From assembly GCA_038087875.1 (NCBI GenBank), contig CM075993.1, forward strand, positions 11,782,001-11,846,000: a stretch of DNA of 64,000 nt, in the 5' to 3' direction. How positions within the stretch are numbered: the first letter of the stretch is position 1; each line of letters starts with the position of its first letter. The notes under the pieces were generated by a model. That model made no database searches. It was given only the letters and a program-made list of their open reading frames with translations, and had not been told where the DNA came from. The position numbers were made by a program, and so were the translations under genes. Positions 49,296-61,364 of the stretch are shown in pieces. This DNA is from Malacoraja senta (taxonomy: Eukaryota).

Positions 49296-51061
49296 GGGTT
49301 TGAGTTGAATAAGACGAGGGTGCTCGTTCATATAGCTGTGTGATTTCAACCCGGGAACGGCTTGTCATGATTATGTCCTTGTATAATCCAGAAATTTATA
49401 ACGTAAAGCATTGTAAAAGTTTGAACTGACATGAGAAATGTCCATTTTACTTCTTCATTTGGGACATATGAAGGCAGCTTGAAGCCAATTGCAACAAGTC
49501 TCCTACAGGTTGCATTTGGGTAAGTCCAGATAGAATTGAATAATATTTATGCGATCTCTAGGCTGGGCATTTGTAACCCAACCTGTACCTTAACCATCCT
49601 AACACCAACTAGAGAATGGTCCTGACCTACCATCTACCCCAATGGAGACCCTCTGACTATCTTTAATCAGACTATATTAGACTTTATTTTGCACTAAATG
49701 TTATTCCCTTTATCTTGTATCTGTACATGTGGATGGCTCGATTGTAATCATGTATTGTCTTTTCACTGACTGGATAGCATGCAACAAAAAGCTTTTCAAT
49801 GCCTGTGACAATAAACTAAACTATACTGATCTAGATTAAATATCCCGTCAACGTTAAATGTTTGGAGAATATGTCATAAAAGAATTCTACACAGATATAT
49901 ATCAGCCAAGATAAGAATAGGGAAAAGTATGGACAGATTGTCTTTGACATGCTTTACCGCTACAACTTATATTTTGAGCTGAATGACTCAGAAAGAGGTA
50001 TACTCTGGGAAGCTTCAAAAGCCTATATTAGGGGCCAACTTATCTCTTTTGTCTCCAACCTGAAAAGAACCGAGACGTCCCAAACGGCAGACCTGTTACA
50101 AAAAATAAAGGACATTGATGATAAATATGCATCTGACCCAGACCCTAACCTTTATAGAGAACGCCTTAGGTTACAAACAGACTTTGACCTCACGTCTACT
50201 AATAAAGCCAAGCTATGACTGCTTAAATCTAGGCAACACTTTTTTTGAATCTGGGGATAAAGCTGGGACGCTTTAGGCCCATCAGGCCAGAACCGAGGCG
50301 ACTTCACGGCTAATTTCAGCCATTAGATCCAGCTTAGGGTAGAATCATACTGATCCTCTTAGAATGAATGAAGCATTTGCTAAATTCTACGCTGAACTAT
50401 ACGCTTCCGACTGTCCTCCCACTGCAGGTGACATGTTCAGTAGTATGACGTTTCCCCGAATTGACAATGAAGCCACGAGAGACTTGGGTGGTCCCATAAC
50501 TGTTGCTGAGGTCCAAGCAACCATCACATCGCTGCAAAGCGGAAAGTCACCCGGCCCTGACGGCTTCACTGTAGAATATTACAAAGCTTTCTCTGCTCTC
50601 CTCGCACCAGTCCTGAGAGATATGTACAATGAGGCGTTTTTACATCGTCGCCTACCGCCCACCTTGTCGTGGGCTACTATCTCCCTAATTCTTAAAAAGG
50701 AGAAAGATCCCCTGCTTTGTAGTAGCTATAGACCAATTTCACTCCTGAATGTGGACCTCAAAATCCTCTCTAAAGCCCTTGCGCTTCGTCTTCAACGAGT
50801 GATGCCCTCTATTATCTCGTTAGATCAAACAGGGTTCATACCAGGCCGACAGTCTTCCCACAATACTAGGCGTCTCCTTAACATCATCCATTCTCCGAGT
50901 AGTGAGACCCCGGAGATAGTGGTCTCCCTCGACGCCGAAAAAGCTTTCGACAGGGTCGAGTGGAGGTACCTATATGAGGCGATGGACAGGTTTGGCCTCG
51001 GTAACAAGTATATTCTTTGGGTCAGTCTATTATACTCGTCCCCGGTGGCCTCAGTACAAAC

Positions 51062-52028
51062 TGTGGGAGTGGCGGCGCCTAACGGCAGCGGCTCAACTAC
51101 AGGCTCAACTACAGTCGTCCGTCTTTTTTTTAAATTTTTGTCTTGTTAAATGTATGTCCTGAGCTTAGTTTTTATTATTTTTTAGCTGTGTATATGTGGG
51201 GGGTGGAGGGGGGGATGTTGGGAAACCGTTAATCTCTTCCCTGTACGGGGACCCGACTTTTTCCGTCGGATCTCCGATGTCATTGGGCCTAACATTGTGG
51301 AGCCGGCGGCAGCCTCCGGCCGGGACCAACCTAAGGGCTCCGGTCGCGGAGCCTGGGACCTGACATTGCGGAGCTGGCCGGCTTTGGAGCGGGGAGAGCT
51401 GTGGTGGCGCTCGGCTGCGACCCGACTTTGGAGTTTCGGAAGCTCCGGCTGCGGGCCCGATGGACAGGAACATCGGGAGCTCCAGGTCCCTGGTGGGAGA
51501 CGGCTTTTCGGAGCTCCCGCAACGGCAACTTCTCCCGTTGGAATCGCGAGGTTTGGAGGACACGGAGCGAGGCCTAACATCGCCCGGCGCGGGTTGGCAG
51601 CCACGGGACTTACCATCGTCTGCCGGGGGCTCTAACATCGGAGCCCCAGTTCGCCTAGACGCTGCAGTTGGACTGCGGGTTGGACTGCTTGAACCGCGGG
51701 GTTTGAAGGACACGGAGCCGGGACCTGGCATCGCCCGGCGTGGCTAAATGGCCACAGGACTTACCATCGTCTGCCGGGGGCTTTAACACCGGAGCCCCAG
51801 TTCGCCTAGACGCTGCAGTTGGACTGCTGGACCGCGGGTGAAGAATAAAGGGAAGAGATAAGACTTTGCCTTCCATCACAGTGAGGAGATGTTGGAGACT
51901 CACTGTGATGGATGTTTATGTAAACTGTGTTAAGTGTGGGTCTTGGGTTTTTTTGTAATGTAAAAAACTGTAGTAATGATATTTCGTTCAAGCCTAGGTT
52001 TGAATGACAATAAATAGTATTCTATTCT
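51062..52028 (+). mobile_element. GC/CpG-rich non-autonomous element inserted in L1 ORF2
   Basis: Removing it restores ASVQT-NGTLSPHFTLQRGTRQG. It has an internal tandem duplication with about 150-bp period and ends GACAATAAA...(ATTCT)n like a retroposon tail. Confidence 0.8.
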
Positions 52029-54213
52029 AAACGGCACACTGTCGCCCCACTTCACCCTTCAGAGAGGTACCAGACAGGGTTGCCCGTTATCACCACTCCT
52101 GTTTGCTGTCGCGATAGAACCCTTGGCGGTCTGGTTACGCTCAGAGAAGGGCTTTAAAGGTATTACACGGTTCGACACAACTCATAAAGTCTCATTGTAT
52201 GCGGATGACCTGCTCCTGTACATCTCGAACCCAGTCAGTTCTCTCTCTGTGATTACGAATATTTTAGAACGGTTTGGTGCGTATTCTGGTTATAAACTTA
52301 ACTAGCAAAAGAGTGAGCTATTACCGATTAACTCATTGGCTAAGCAGCTCCCTCGCTCTTTAACCTCATTCAAATGGGCAGAGGACGGGTTCCGCTATCT
52401 CGGTGTTTTTATCACAACACCCTTATCTGATATGTTCCGCACAAACTTTCTGCCTCTGGTTGAGAAAGCCGAAAGAGATTTTGACCGCTGGTCAGTTTTA
52501 CCGCTATCCCTCGTGGGCCGGATAAATCTGGTCAAGATGGTCGTCCTACCCAAATTCCTGTATCTTTTCCAGCACGTCCCTATACTTATCACTAAATCTT
52601 TTTTTGATAAATTAGAAAGGGCAATATCTAAATTTTATGGGGTAGCAAACCGGCTAGAATCCGAAAGGCGATACTGCAGTCTCCTAAGAGTGACGGCGGT
52701 TTGGCACTTCCTGACTTTAGGCGATACTATTGGGCAGCTAACTTGCAAAAACTCCTGTATTGGATGAATGATGATTGCGACCACCTACCGACCTGGGTAC
52801 ACATGGAAAAGGCGAGTTCACGTCTCCCGTTGCGGTCTGTCCTATGCTCCCAACTCCCCCTTCCTATAACATCTGTGGGTGCAGGCCCAATTGCGCCCCT
52901 CTCGCTCAAGATATGGAGTCAACTCAGGAAAAACTTCGGTTTACAAGGCCCTTCCATCTTGACCCCACTGCTTAAAAATCACATCTTTAAAACCTTCAAG
53001 TACAGACCACGCATTCAAAACCTGGCATAGCAACGGTATCAGTAGTTTCAAAAACCTATACAAGGATGGCATCTTTTCGTCCTTTGCGGAGCTCTCGTCC
53101 AACTATAGCCTCCCAAACTCCCACCTTTTTCGTTTTTTTCCAGATTAGGGATTTTGTGAAGAAGATATTCCCCCATTTCCCAAATCGCCCCCCTGAAACC
53201 CTGACCGATACCATCTTAGCTGTAGATCCCAACCGGAAGAAATGCATCTCTATTTTGTATAACTTGCTAGGGTCGGTTATATTGAAACCTCATACCTCAT
53301 TAAAAAGCTGCGTGGGAGGGTGAGCTGAATATGAAACAGACCAGCAATGGGACTCTGCCCTTGGATTTGATCCATTCTTCCTCCATATGTGCCCGTCATG
53401 GCCTAATCCAATGCAAAGTCCTTCACAAAGTCCACTACACAAATGCAAGATTATCTAGAATTTACCCCGCTGTTAGGGACACCTGCAACAGATGTAATCA
53501 ATCCCCTGCCAACTACAGCCATATGTTTTGGTCTTTCCCTAAACTAGTAGCCTTTTGGAGGAGTGCTTTCGACTTGATAAGCAGAGCATACGGCCAGACT
53601 ATTCCTCCAAACCCAATGTCAGCCATTTTCGGTACCCCTCCCAACACCAACCTCTCTGTTGCGGTGAAACGGGTCCTAGCTTTTACAACCTTGTTAGCCC
53701 GGAGACTGATCTTGCTTTACTGGAGGCTTACCTGTCCCCCGACACACGCCCATTGGATTAAGGAGGCGCTTTACAATTTAAAGCTTGGAAAACGTAGGTT
53801 CTCTCTCAAAGGCTCTACCAAGACATTCCTAGATACATGGAACCCTTTCTTGGAACTTGTTAACTCTCTCAACTTGTCTCCGGACTCGGAAGAGGACTGA
53901 GTGCTCTCCACCATTGTTTTGCTCTACAGCAGCTGCTCTCCCCTAAACCCCCCACCCTCCACAATTATTATTTAATTACTTACTTATTTACTGTTGTTAG
54001 TGACCCCATTTTTAAAATTATTTTTTTAGTACTTTTTGTTTTGTTTACCTTACCATATGTGTGTGGATGTGTACGTATGTGAGTGTTGTTTGTCCCCGTT
54101 TGGTTCCGACCTGATTCGGGTGGGTTGAAGGTGGGTAAGGGTAAGGGCTTTGAGGGTCGCTTACATACTGTTGCACAATTATGCCTTGACTGTCACTGTC
54201 TGTTATCATAGTA

Positions 54214-55252
54214 TATCAATGTTACAAAATTTTGAGATATTTAAAAATAAAGTCTGCAACTTATCTCCATCAGATAAAGCATAAAAAGAAGTTTAATTTG
54301 ACACTTAATTCACTTTCATATCTTCAGTATTAAAAAAGTTATGGCCATTATCATACTCAGAAATTAGCATCTAGTTCCCTATTGCTTTTCCATTCACTTA
54401 ACACAAAAGCTGTGATCGAGGACAGTTAAAAGCCCATAACTTTCTTAAGAATTATGGTAACTGAAAGAAATTTTCAGGTATTATAGATTGAAGCATTCTG
54501 AAACAAATATGAAACAATCTTACTTCGAAGACATGAAAGTAAAGCATATAATTAGTTAGTTACCTAATTGTAGCTAATTACAAAATTCAATTACTAGATC
54601 TAAACATCTATCAATTTCTTAAGAATAGATTAACATTTTTAAATAGCCTAAGTGTCCAAATAACATTCACACAATAATTCACAATATAACATAATTTTTA
54701 AATCTAATTTTCATGAATTTACAGGCCAAATGGAAGGAATTGAATGTTTAATACCTGTAAATTAATGGGATTTAAATCATCTTGTGAGTGAGGATTACTG
54801 GAACGCGATCTTTTGGAACGTTGATTTGCGGTGAATTTAACCCCGTATTGGCATGAAAAATACTGCCGTTAATTCGGGGAATAAAATCACCGTGTCGCAT
54901 GACAAAATGTGAATTAAAGGCTTCTTAAGAAGCACTTTTATACATTTAAAGAAAGCACTTTCGTTTACCTGTCCATTGTGTGAAATCCGTCCCCGTTATC
55001 GGCGTTGACGCTTCAGGAGCTGCTTTTAAAATGACTGTAGCGCTGACATTGACGATTTAATAAAAATAAAAAATTCACAAAAAGCCGGTAGGAACGATTT
55101 TGTCAGCCAAGGTTTGTACTCCAACAAAATATTTCCAGGACAAGGGAGAAACCCGCGTTTTAACCCCGCCCCCCCTTAAAGGCGCCAAAATCGCGTACAC
55201 GGCCAGTGGCAGAATTACAGCGCGACTGAAGGTAAGTTTTGTAACATACCTT
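54214..55252 (-). mobile_element. Non-autonomous TIR DNA element (short copy of the 20852-23222 family) inserted in the L1 3' UTR
   Basis: ATGTTACAAAA...TTTTGTAACAT termini; collinear in reverse orientation with both arms of 20852-23222. Confidence 0.85.
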
Positions 55253-55447
55253 TAGTATGTATGCAAATTGCTGTGAAATTCAAATAAAAAGATTTAAATA
55301 AAAGAATTCTACACAGATATATATCAGCCAAGATAAGAATAGGGAAAAGTATCCTGGATATCGCTTGGGATTTTTGTTAATACAGGAGATTGCATTGTTA
55401 AAACTTCTGGCATAATCAGACTTGAAAACTGAAATCCCATACTGTAC

Positions 55448-55612
55448 CTCAGCTGATGAAATATAAATCCATTTCCCACTTTTTGCCAAGTTACTAGATT
55501 GCTCTTCTCCAACCTCCAGCTCGTAGGAAGATTTATTGACCAAAGTGTAGAATGGAGTTAAGGTGACAACTTTTGTCATGTTGAAACTGCTCACTTTAAT
55601 GGCTACTCCAAC
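55448..55612 (-). CDS. VPS13C: VPS13C coding exon, 55 codons
   Basis: VGVAIKVSSFNMTKVVTLTPFYTLVNKSSYELEVGE...KWIYISSAE; cgcag / gtacag. Confidence 0.94.
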
Positions 55613-56089
55613 CTGCGATTTAGAAAAAAAGTTAATACCGAGTCAAGTATATATATCTTAAATTATCAAGGAGTGACTACGGAATGAATTACTCTTCCCA
55701 AACATGAAATCTAACTGGATAATTCAGATTTCCAAAATGTCAGAATCCTAGGATCCCATGTACGTTAAGGCCATGTACATTATAATAATACAAAAGCCAA
55801 GTACTTGAAGTGTCACAAAGAAGCAGCAACACATTCAGCCTGAAAAGAAGGGAAATATTTGCAGCATATTTCTTCACAGGGAACATGTAGCTAGAAGTAT
55901 TCTGTACATGGAACTGCAGATGCAGGTTTATAATATTAACAGTCCTGGAATAACTCCACCGATTAGTGCTGGAATTAGTCAGTGGGTCAGGCAGCATCTC
56001 TGGAGAACATGGATAGGTGATGTTTCGAGTCCGGACTCCAAAACGTCACCTGTCCATGTCCTCCAGAGATGCTGCCTAACCTGCTGTAT

Positions 56090-57390
56090 CTTGTAGAGGT
56101 GTACAAAAACACGAGGAATAGATCAAGTAGATGCACGGAATCTCTTGCCCAAAGTAGGGGAATCGAGAACCAGAGGAAATAGGTTTAAAGTGAGGGGGAG
56201 AGATTTAATAGGAACCTGAGTGGTAACTTTTCCACACAAAGGTGGTGGGTGTAAGGAACAAGCTGCCGGAGGAGGTAGTTAAGGCAGGGACTATCGCAAT
56301 GTTTAACAAATATTTAGACAGGTACATGGATAGGACGAGGTTTAGATGGATATGTGCCAAATGCAGGCAGGTGGGACAAGTGTAGATGGGACATGTTAGT
56401 CGGTGTGGGCAAGGGGCAGAAGGGTCTGTTTCTATGCTGTAAGACTCAATGACACTGTGTCTTTTTCTGTACTAGTGGCTTGACCAAGCTCTTTGACAAG
56501 GTCCTTCATGGTAGTCTGGTCTAGAAGGTTAGATTACATACGATCCAAAGCAAGTATCCAATAAGATAAGCAATTAGCAGTGATTGGAGGTAGAGGATGA
56601 TATTCAGGAATTGGATGCCTGTGACCACAGGAGTTGATTATCAACTATATTAGTTTACTGGATACAAAGGTAAAGTTGTAAGCTTGTGGATGACATTGAT
56701 GAAGAAGGTTGTCTAAGGTTACAACAGGATCGAAATCAACAGGGAAACCAGACCAAGTTCAAAGTGAAGCTTTTTGGATAGTTGAACCAGGACAACACCT
56801 ACAGTTGCCATTGGTAAGTGTTGTAGTACAGAGAAGTTGAGGGGGAGCAAGAGTGGTGAGGGTAGTGCATGGCACTGAGTAAAGGTGAGAGCACACCTGG
56901 ACATGTGTGCAGTTTAAGTTGCCATGCTCGTGGAAAGTTGCGACTAAGCTGGAAAGGATGCACAAAGGATTTACACGGATGTTACTGGGACTGGATGGTC
57001 TGAGTTACAAGGAGAGGCTGGGCCAGTTTTTCTTGGGGTGAAGGATGCTCATGGGTGAACTTAGAGATTTACAAAACCATGAGGGGCACAGAAGCTGAAT
57101 GGTCAGTCGTTTTTTTCCCCACAGGGCAGTGCAGTCATCTAGAAAGCATCGAGAGAGGGGGATGAATTTAAAGGGGAGCTACAAAAAATGTTTGTTCACA
57201 GAGGGTGGCGGGTATATGGAATGCCTTGCCAGTGTTCGAGGCAGGGATAATTACAGCGTTTTAAAGACATTTGGACAGGTATATGGTAGGGAAAGGTTTA
57301 GAAGGCAGGCAAACGGCACTAGTTTAGTTGGCATGAAGGCTGGGCTGAAGGGCTTACATTTGTGCTGTACATGTCTCTTGCTCTATGATG
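56090..57390 (+). mobile_element. Degenerate CR1 fragments
   Basis: FDKVLHG.LV.KV, LQQD, LVRAHL, FTRMLLGL and CR1-type 3' ends. Confidence 0.7.
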
Positions 57391-57561
57391 GAACTAAATA
57401 GTGCACGCAGTCTTCACAACAAATCAATCAAGCGAAAAATGGAGAAATATAAACTATTATAATAACTTGGTATTGACACTGCAAATCTATTTTAACCGTA
57501 CACTGATGCAGAACCTGCAATCTAAATTAATTCAAACTGCAATGTGACTCTGAACACTCAC

Positions 57562-57666
57562 CAGATATTCCTTATTCTTTGCAGGACACTTCACACATCC
57601 ATAACTCCCCACAGTGTCTAATGAAAACCCATTAGACCAGCTACTGGTGGATACGCAGAGCTGAAT
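57562..57666 (-). CDS. VPS13C: VPS13C coding exon, 35 codons
   Basis: IQLCVSTSSWSNGFSLDTVGSYGCVKCPAKNKEYL; taacag acceptor, gtgagt donor, phase 0/0. Not in the ORF track. Confidence 0.95.
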
Positions 57667-57929
57667 CTGTTAGTGAAAAGAAAGATGCATTTTACCAACC
57701 CCTCAATAAATAACTTGTGTGTATTTTCAGAATAGAACAGTTATTACATGGTCCAATTCCAAGGAAGCTTAATCCAAATTCTCACCAACCTTATATCCTT
57801 TATTTACTATCATATACAATCTGATATGCAGCGCAGTAGATATTAGGGCAAAATATTCTGACTGTAAATTAATACGTTCATGATTTCTGATGCACGAGAC
57901 GGGGAAATAGACGATACAAAATTGAAGAG

Positions 57930-58371
57930 GGGGAGTAGCGTAAGCTTGGCGATCGTTTCGCCAAACACCTCCGCTCAGTCCGCACTAACCAACCTGACCT
58001 CCTGGTGGCTCAGCACTTCAACTCCCCCTCCCATTCCATATCCGACCTCTCTGTCCTGGGCCTCCTCCATGGCCAGAGTGAGCAACACCGGAAATTGGAG
58101 GAACAGCACCTCATATTCCTGCATCCATGTGGCATGAACATTAAATTCTCACAATTCTGTTAGCCCTTGCTGTCTCCTCCCTACCTCTCCCTCAGCCCTC
58201 GGGCTCCTCCTCCTTTTTCCTTTCTTTTTCCTTTCTTCTCCCCGCCTCCCCCCCCCCCCCCCCCCCCCCCCCCATCAGTCTGAAGAAGGGTTTCAGCCCG
58301 AAACGTTGCCTATCTCCTTCGCTCCATAGATGCTGCTGCACCCACTGAATTTCTCCAGCATTTTTGTGTAC
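57930..58371 (+). mobile_element. 5'-truncated Penelope-like insertion with a 16-bp TSD
   Basis: ATACAAAATTGAAGAG at 57914-57929 and 58372-58387; RKLGDRFAKHLRSV, RKLEEQHLIF; CTGAAGAAGGGTTTCAGCCCGAAACGTT core; internal poly-C run. Confidence 0.85.
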
Positions 58372-60719
58372 ATACAAAATTGAAGAGAGTTTTGATCCCT
58401 AGAAAAAAAATTAGTTGGTTTTTACATCACAGGGCAAAATATTGAAAGTTTTTCTTGAAGGTATTTGATAAATTTTAATTAAAGTATATTGAAAATATAT
58501 ATTCTTCAATCTTTTAATTAATTTCTGGGATCAGGCATTGTTGGCAAAGTCACCTTTTATTGACAATCCTTAAATGCTTCTTTGAACATAGGTCGGCATG
58601 CTCAGTTTGTTGTGGCTTAATATGTCAGTGTATTTCATATTTATCATTTGGCCATCAGTCCAGAAAAGAATTAATAGGAATCTGAGGGGTAACTGTTTTG
58701 ATACAAAGGGTGGTGGGTGTATGGAACAAGCTGCCTGAAGAGGTAGTTGAGGCTGGGACTATTCCAACGTTTAAGAAACAGTTAGACAGGTACATGGATA
58801 GGACTGGTTTGGAGGGATATGGACCAAATGCTGGCAGGAGGGACTAGTGTAACTGGGACATGTTGGCCTGTGTGGGCAAGTTGGGCCTGTTTCTACACTG
58901 TATCACTCTATGACTAAGATGGGGAAAAGATGGTGAAAATAATGTATTTCCGTTCTCCCTCTTCAAGCTTCATTGCTATGTGCCCTGGTCCTCAGCATCC
59001 ACACTTGGTTCAGTGTGACAGAACCTGCAAGGCATGATTATACAGAGAAGTACAAATCCTTCAACGTGATCATATATACCCCAATATTTTGACATCAAGA
59101 TGGGGAGTAAATCCACCACTAATTGGGGCAAAAGATCTTTAACGTTCTGATGGCTAACATGGTTTAAGGACCTTCAGTGAAGCTTGGGTGCAAGTAGGGA
59201 AGGATGTTGTGAAGATTTGTTCCCAGAGAAGACAAGCAGAAATTTGATAGCAGCCTACAAGATTTTGACTATCTTAACTAGACTCGAGAAAGAGGCAGTT
59301 GCCATTAATGGGTTGTTCAAGGAACAAGTGGTGGATTTCTAGGGGGAAATGCACGTGAATTGTGAGGAAAATAACATATACTCGGAATGCAGTTGTGATC
59401 TGAAATTTCTTGTGCGTAGGGGCGAATGGTACAGAATGTGACAGGGCAAGAGAATAAATGACAAGGCCTTCGGTGAATGTGAGCCATCACAATCCTTCAA
59501 CAACTGTCTGATTCTATTCCAGCCTGGATTCACCCAGTCAGTCACAGGATCTCCTAATGAACAGTCGGCTTTCAAATTGAAAGCAAAAGCAGAAACAGAA
59601 TGTAGAAAGAATTAAAGAGAGCATGACAGAAGAATGGTGTTGAACTTAGGAAAGTCAAAAACAAATAAAGAAGGGAAAGAGGAATGACACATCTGGTGGC
59701 AGATGGTATATCCAGTGGAGCTGCTGCCTCACAGCATCAGTGACTACTAGATGCATGGGTTTTCTCTGGGTGCTCCGGTTTCCTCCCGCACTCCAAAGAC
59801 AAACAGGTTGATAGGTTAATTGGCTTCGGTAAAATTGTAAATTGTCCCTAGTGTGTGTAAAAAAAAAATGTTAATGTGCGGGGATCGCTGGTTGGCGCAG
59901 ACTCGGTGGGCCGAAGGGCCTAAGTCTCTAAACTAAACTAAACTGGAGGCCAAGGTGTGTGGAGTTTGCATGTTCTCCCTGGGAACTGTATGCTCCAGTT
60001 TCCTCCCACAGTCCAAGGACGTGCAGGTTGGTGTGTGCATTGGTTGCTGAAAATTGCCCTTAGTGTGAGTGGAGAACCTGGGCGTTGATGAGAATGTGGG
60101 GAGACTAAAATAACATTATACTCGTGTAGGATCAGTGTAAACGTGTGTTTGAGTGTGGACTTGGTGGGCCAAAGAGCCTGTTTCTGCTGTGTATCTCACT
60201 ATGACTCCATAATTTAGTGCAGAACAGCCCCTTAAAACCAGGGTTGAACTGTGACCTTGGATGCTCTCGATATGGAGTTTGCATGTCCTCCCTATGAGCT
60301 CCAGTTCCCCCCCACATCTCCAAGGTGTGAGGGTGGGTAGGTTAATTAGCCACTGTAAACTGCCCCAGTATGTTGGTGAGGGGATATCAAAGGATGGTTG
60401 GTGGGAATGTGTAAATGGGTGCTAGATGGCCAATGTTCATTCAATGGGCCATAATCTTATTTCCATGCTGTGAGACTTGACAATAGTCATGACTTCAATG
60501 GCTTCCCAATGCACACTTTGGGTGCAATGATGCACGGTTTCCTCAAACGTCTGAATATATCCATGCTTTAGTCTTATAGTGTCACTTCCTGGATGTAAAC
60601 GGCTATCCAAAATCAGTAATTTCAGAAACCCATAACACATCGTTCAATTACTGTGTCATTTTGCAGAATATCATGCATGAACAGCAAGGGTATTTCTCTA
60701 TCCTGAGAGAGGTTTGTTA

Positions 60720-61085
60720 CGAAGATAGACACGAAATGCTGGAGTACCTCTGCAGGACAAGTGAAATCTCTGGAGAGAAGGCATGGCCGACGTTTCGGGT
60801 TGAGACCTTTCTTCAGACTGAGAGTCAGGGGAGGGGGAGATTCAGAGTAAGGAAGTGTAAGGTGTGAGAACGAGACATCAAAAGGGGTGAAGCTCAAGGA
60901 AAGTGTAGAGTAGAACATTGTTAGCTCGGAGAAGTTAACAACAAAGCAAACTGAGATCAAATGTTATCTGGGACAGTCGGACTGGTCGGAGAACTGAGAA
61001 GGGAGCGGGGTTGGATAGAGAGGGAAAGCAAGGGTTACTTGAAGTTAGAGAAATGAAATATTCAGACTGCTGGGGTGTAAGCTTC
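60720..61085 (-). mobile_element. Penelope-like 3' fragment
   Basis: Terminal repeat (GACGTTTCGGGTTGAGACCTTTCTTCAGACT) plus the end of the GSLHPS coding remnant. Confidence 0.72.
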
Positions 61086-61364
61086 CCATGCAAACCTACT
61101 GTCCAAATAACAAGTTACTATTGCTGTTCTTTAAACCATCTTCCATTAACTATGTATGTGATAGTGAGAGTATTGTCAAACCTTTGTGGCTAATTCTGCA
61201 TTTACAAACAATTGAGAAGAGATGTAAAACAATGAAGATGCTCCCTTAATAAAGCCTGTCTTCAATTGCTTTTTTCTGTGCCTTTATACCTTTGCCTTTT
61301 AAGAAATATAAAATTGAATATATTGTTTCCATTAAATTAATTGACCAACAGGAATTGTACATGC

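Larger units (their letters stand above)
49931..55297 (+). mobile_element. 5'-truncated L1-clade LINE (fish-type ORF2) with two nested insertions
   Basis: LWEASKAYIRGQLIS, GKSPGPDGF, SYRPISLLNVDLKIL, DQTGFIPGR, SLDAEKAFDRVEW, GTRQGCPLSPLLF, LYADDLL and a C-terminal CxxC...HMFW; several stops and frameshifts; AATAAA-rich 3' end; flanked by an exact 55-bp direct repeat. Confidence 0.92.

Noticed and set aside
51165..51903. Overlapping 95-188 aa ORFs on both strands
   Set aside because: Pro/Ser/Arg-rich by-products of a GC-rich repetitive insert; no domain motifs; open in many frames.
55280..55447. Extensions of exon-containing ORFs beyond the splice sites (also at 61332, 41393, 13843, 7377, 2625 and 1528)
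   Set aside because: Intronic read-through; similarity to VPS13C stops at the splice sites.
58248..58273. Long poly-C run (G-tract in the pre-mRNA)
   Set aside because: Expanded low-complexity tract inside a Penelope UTR; length unreliable and no evidence of function.
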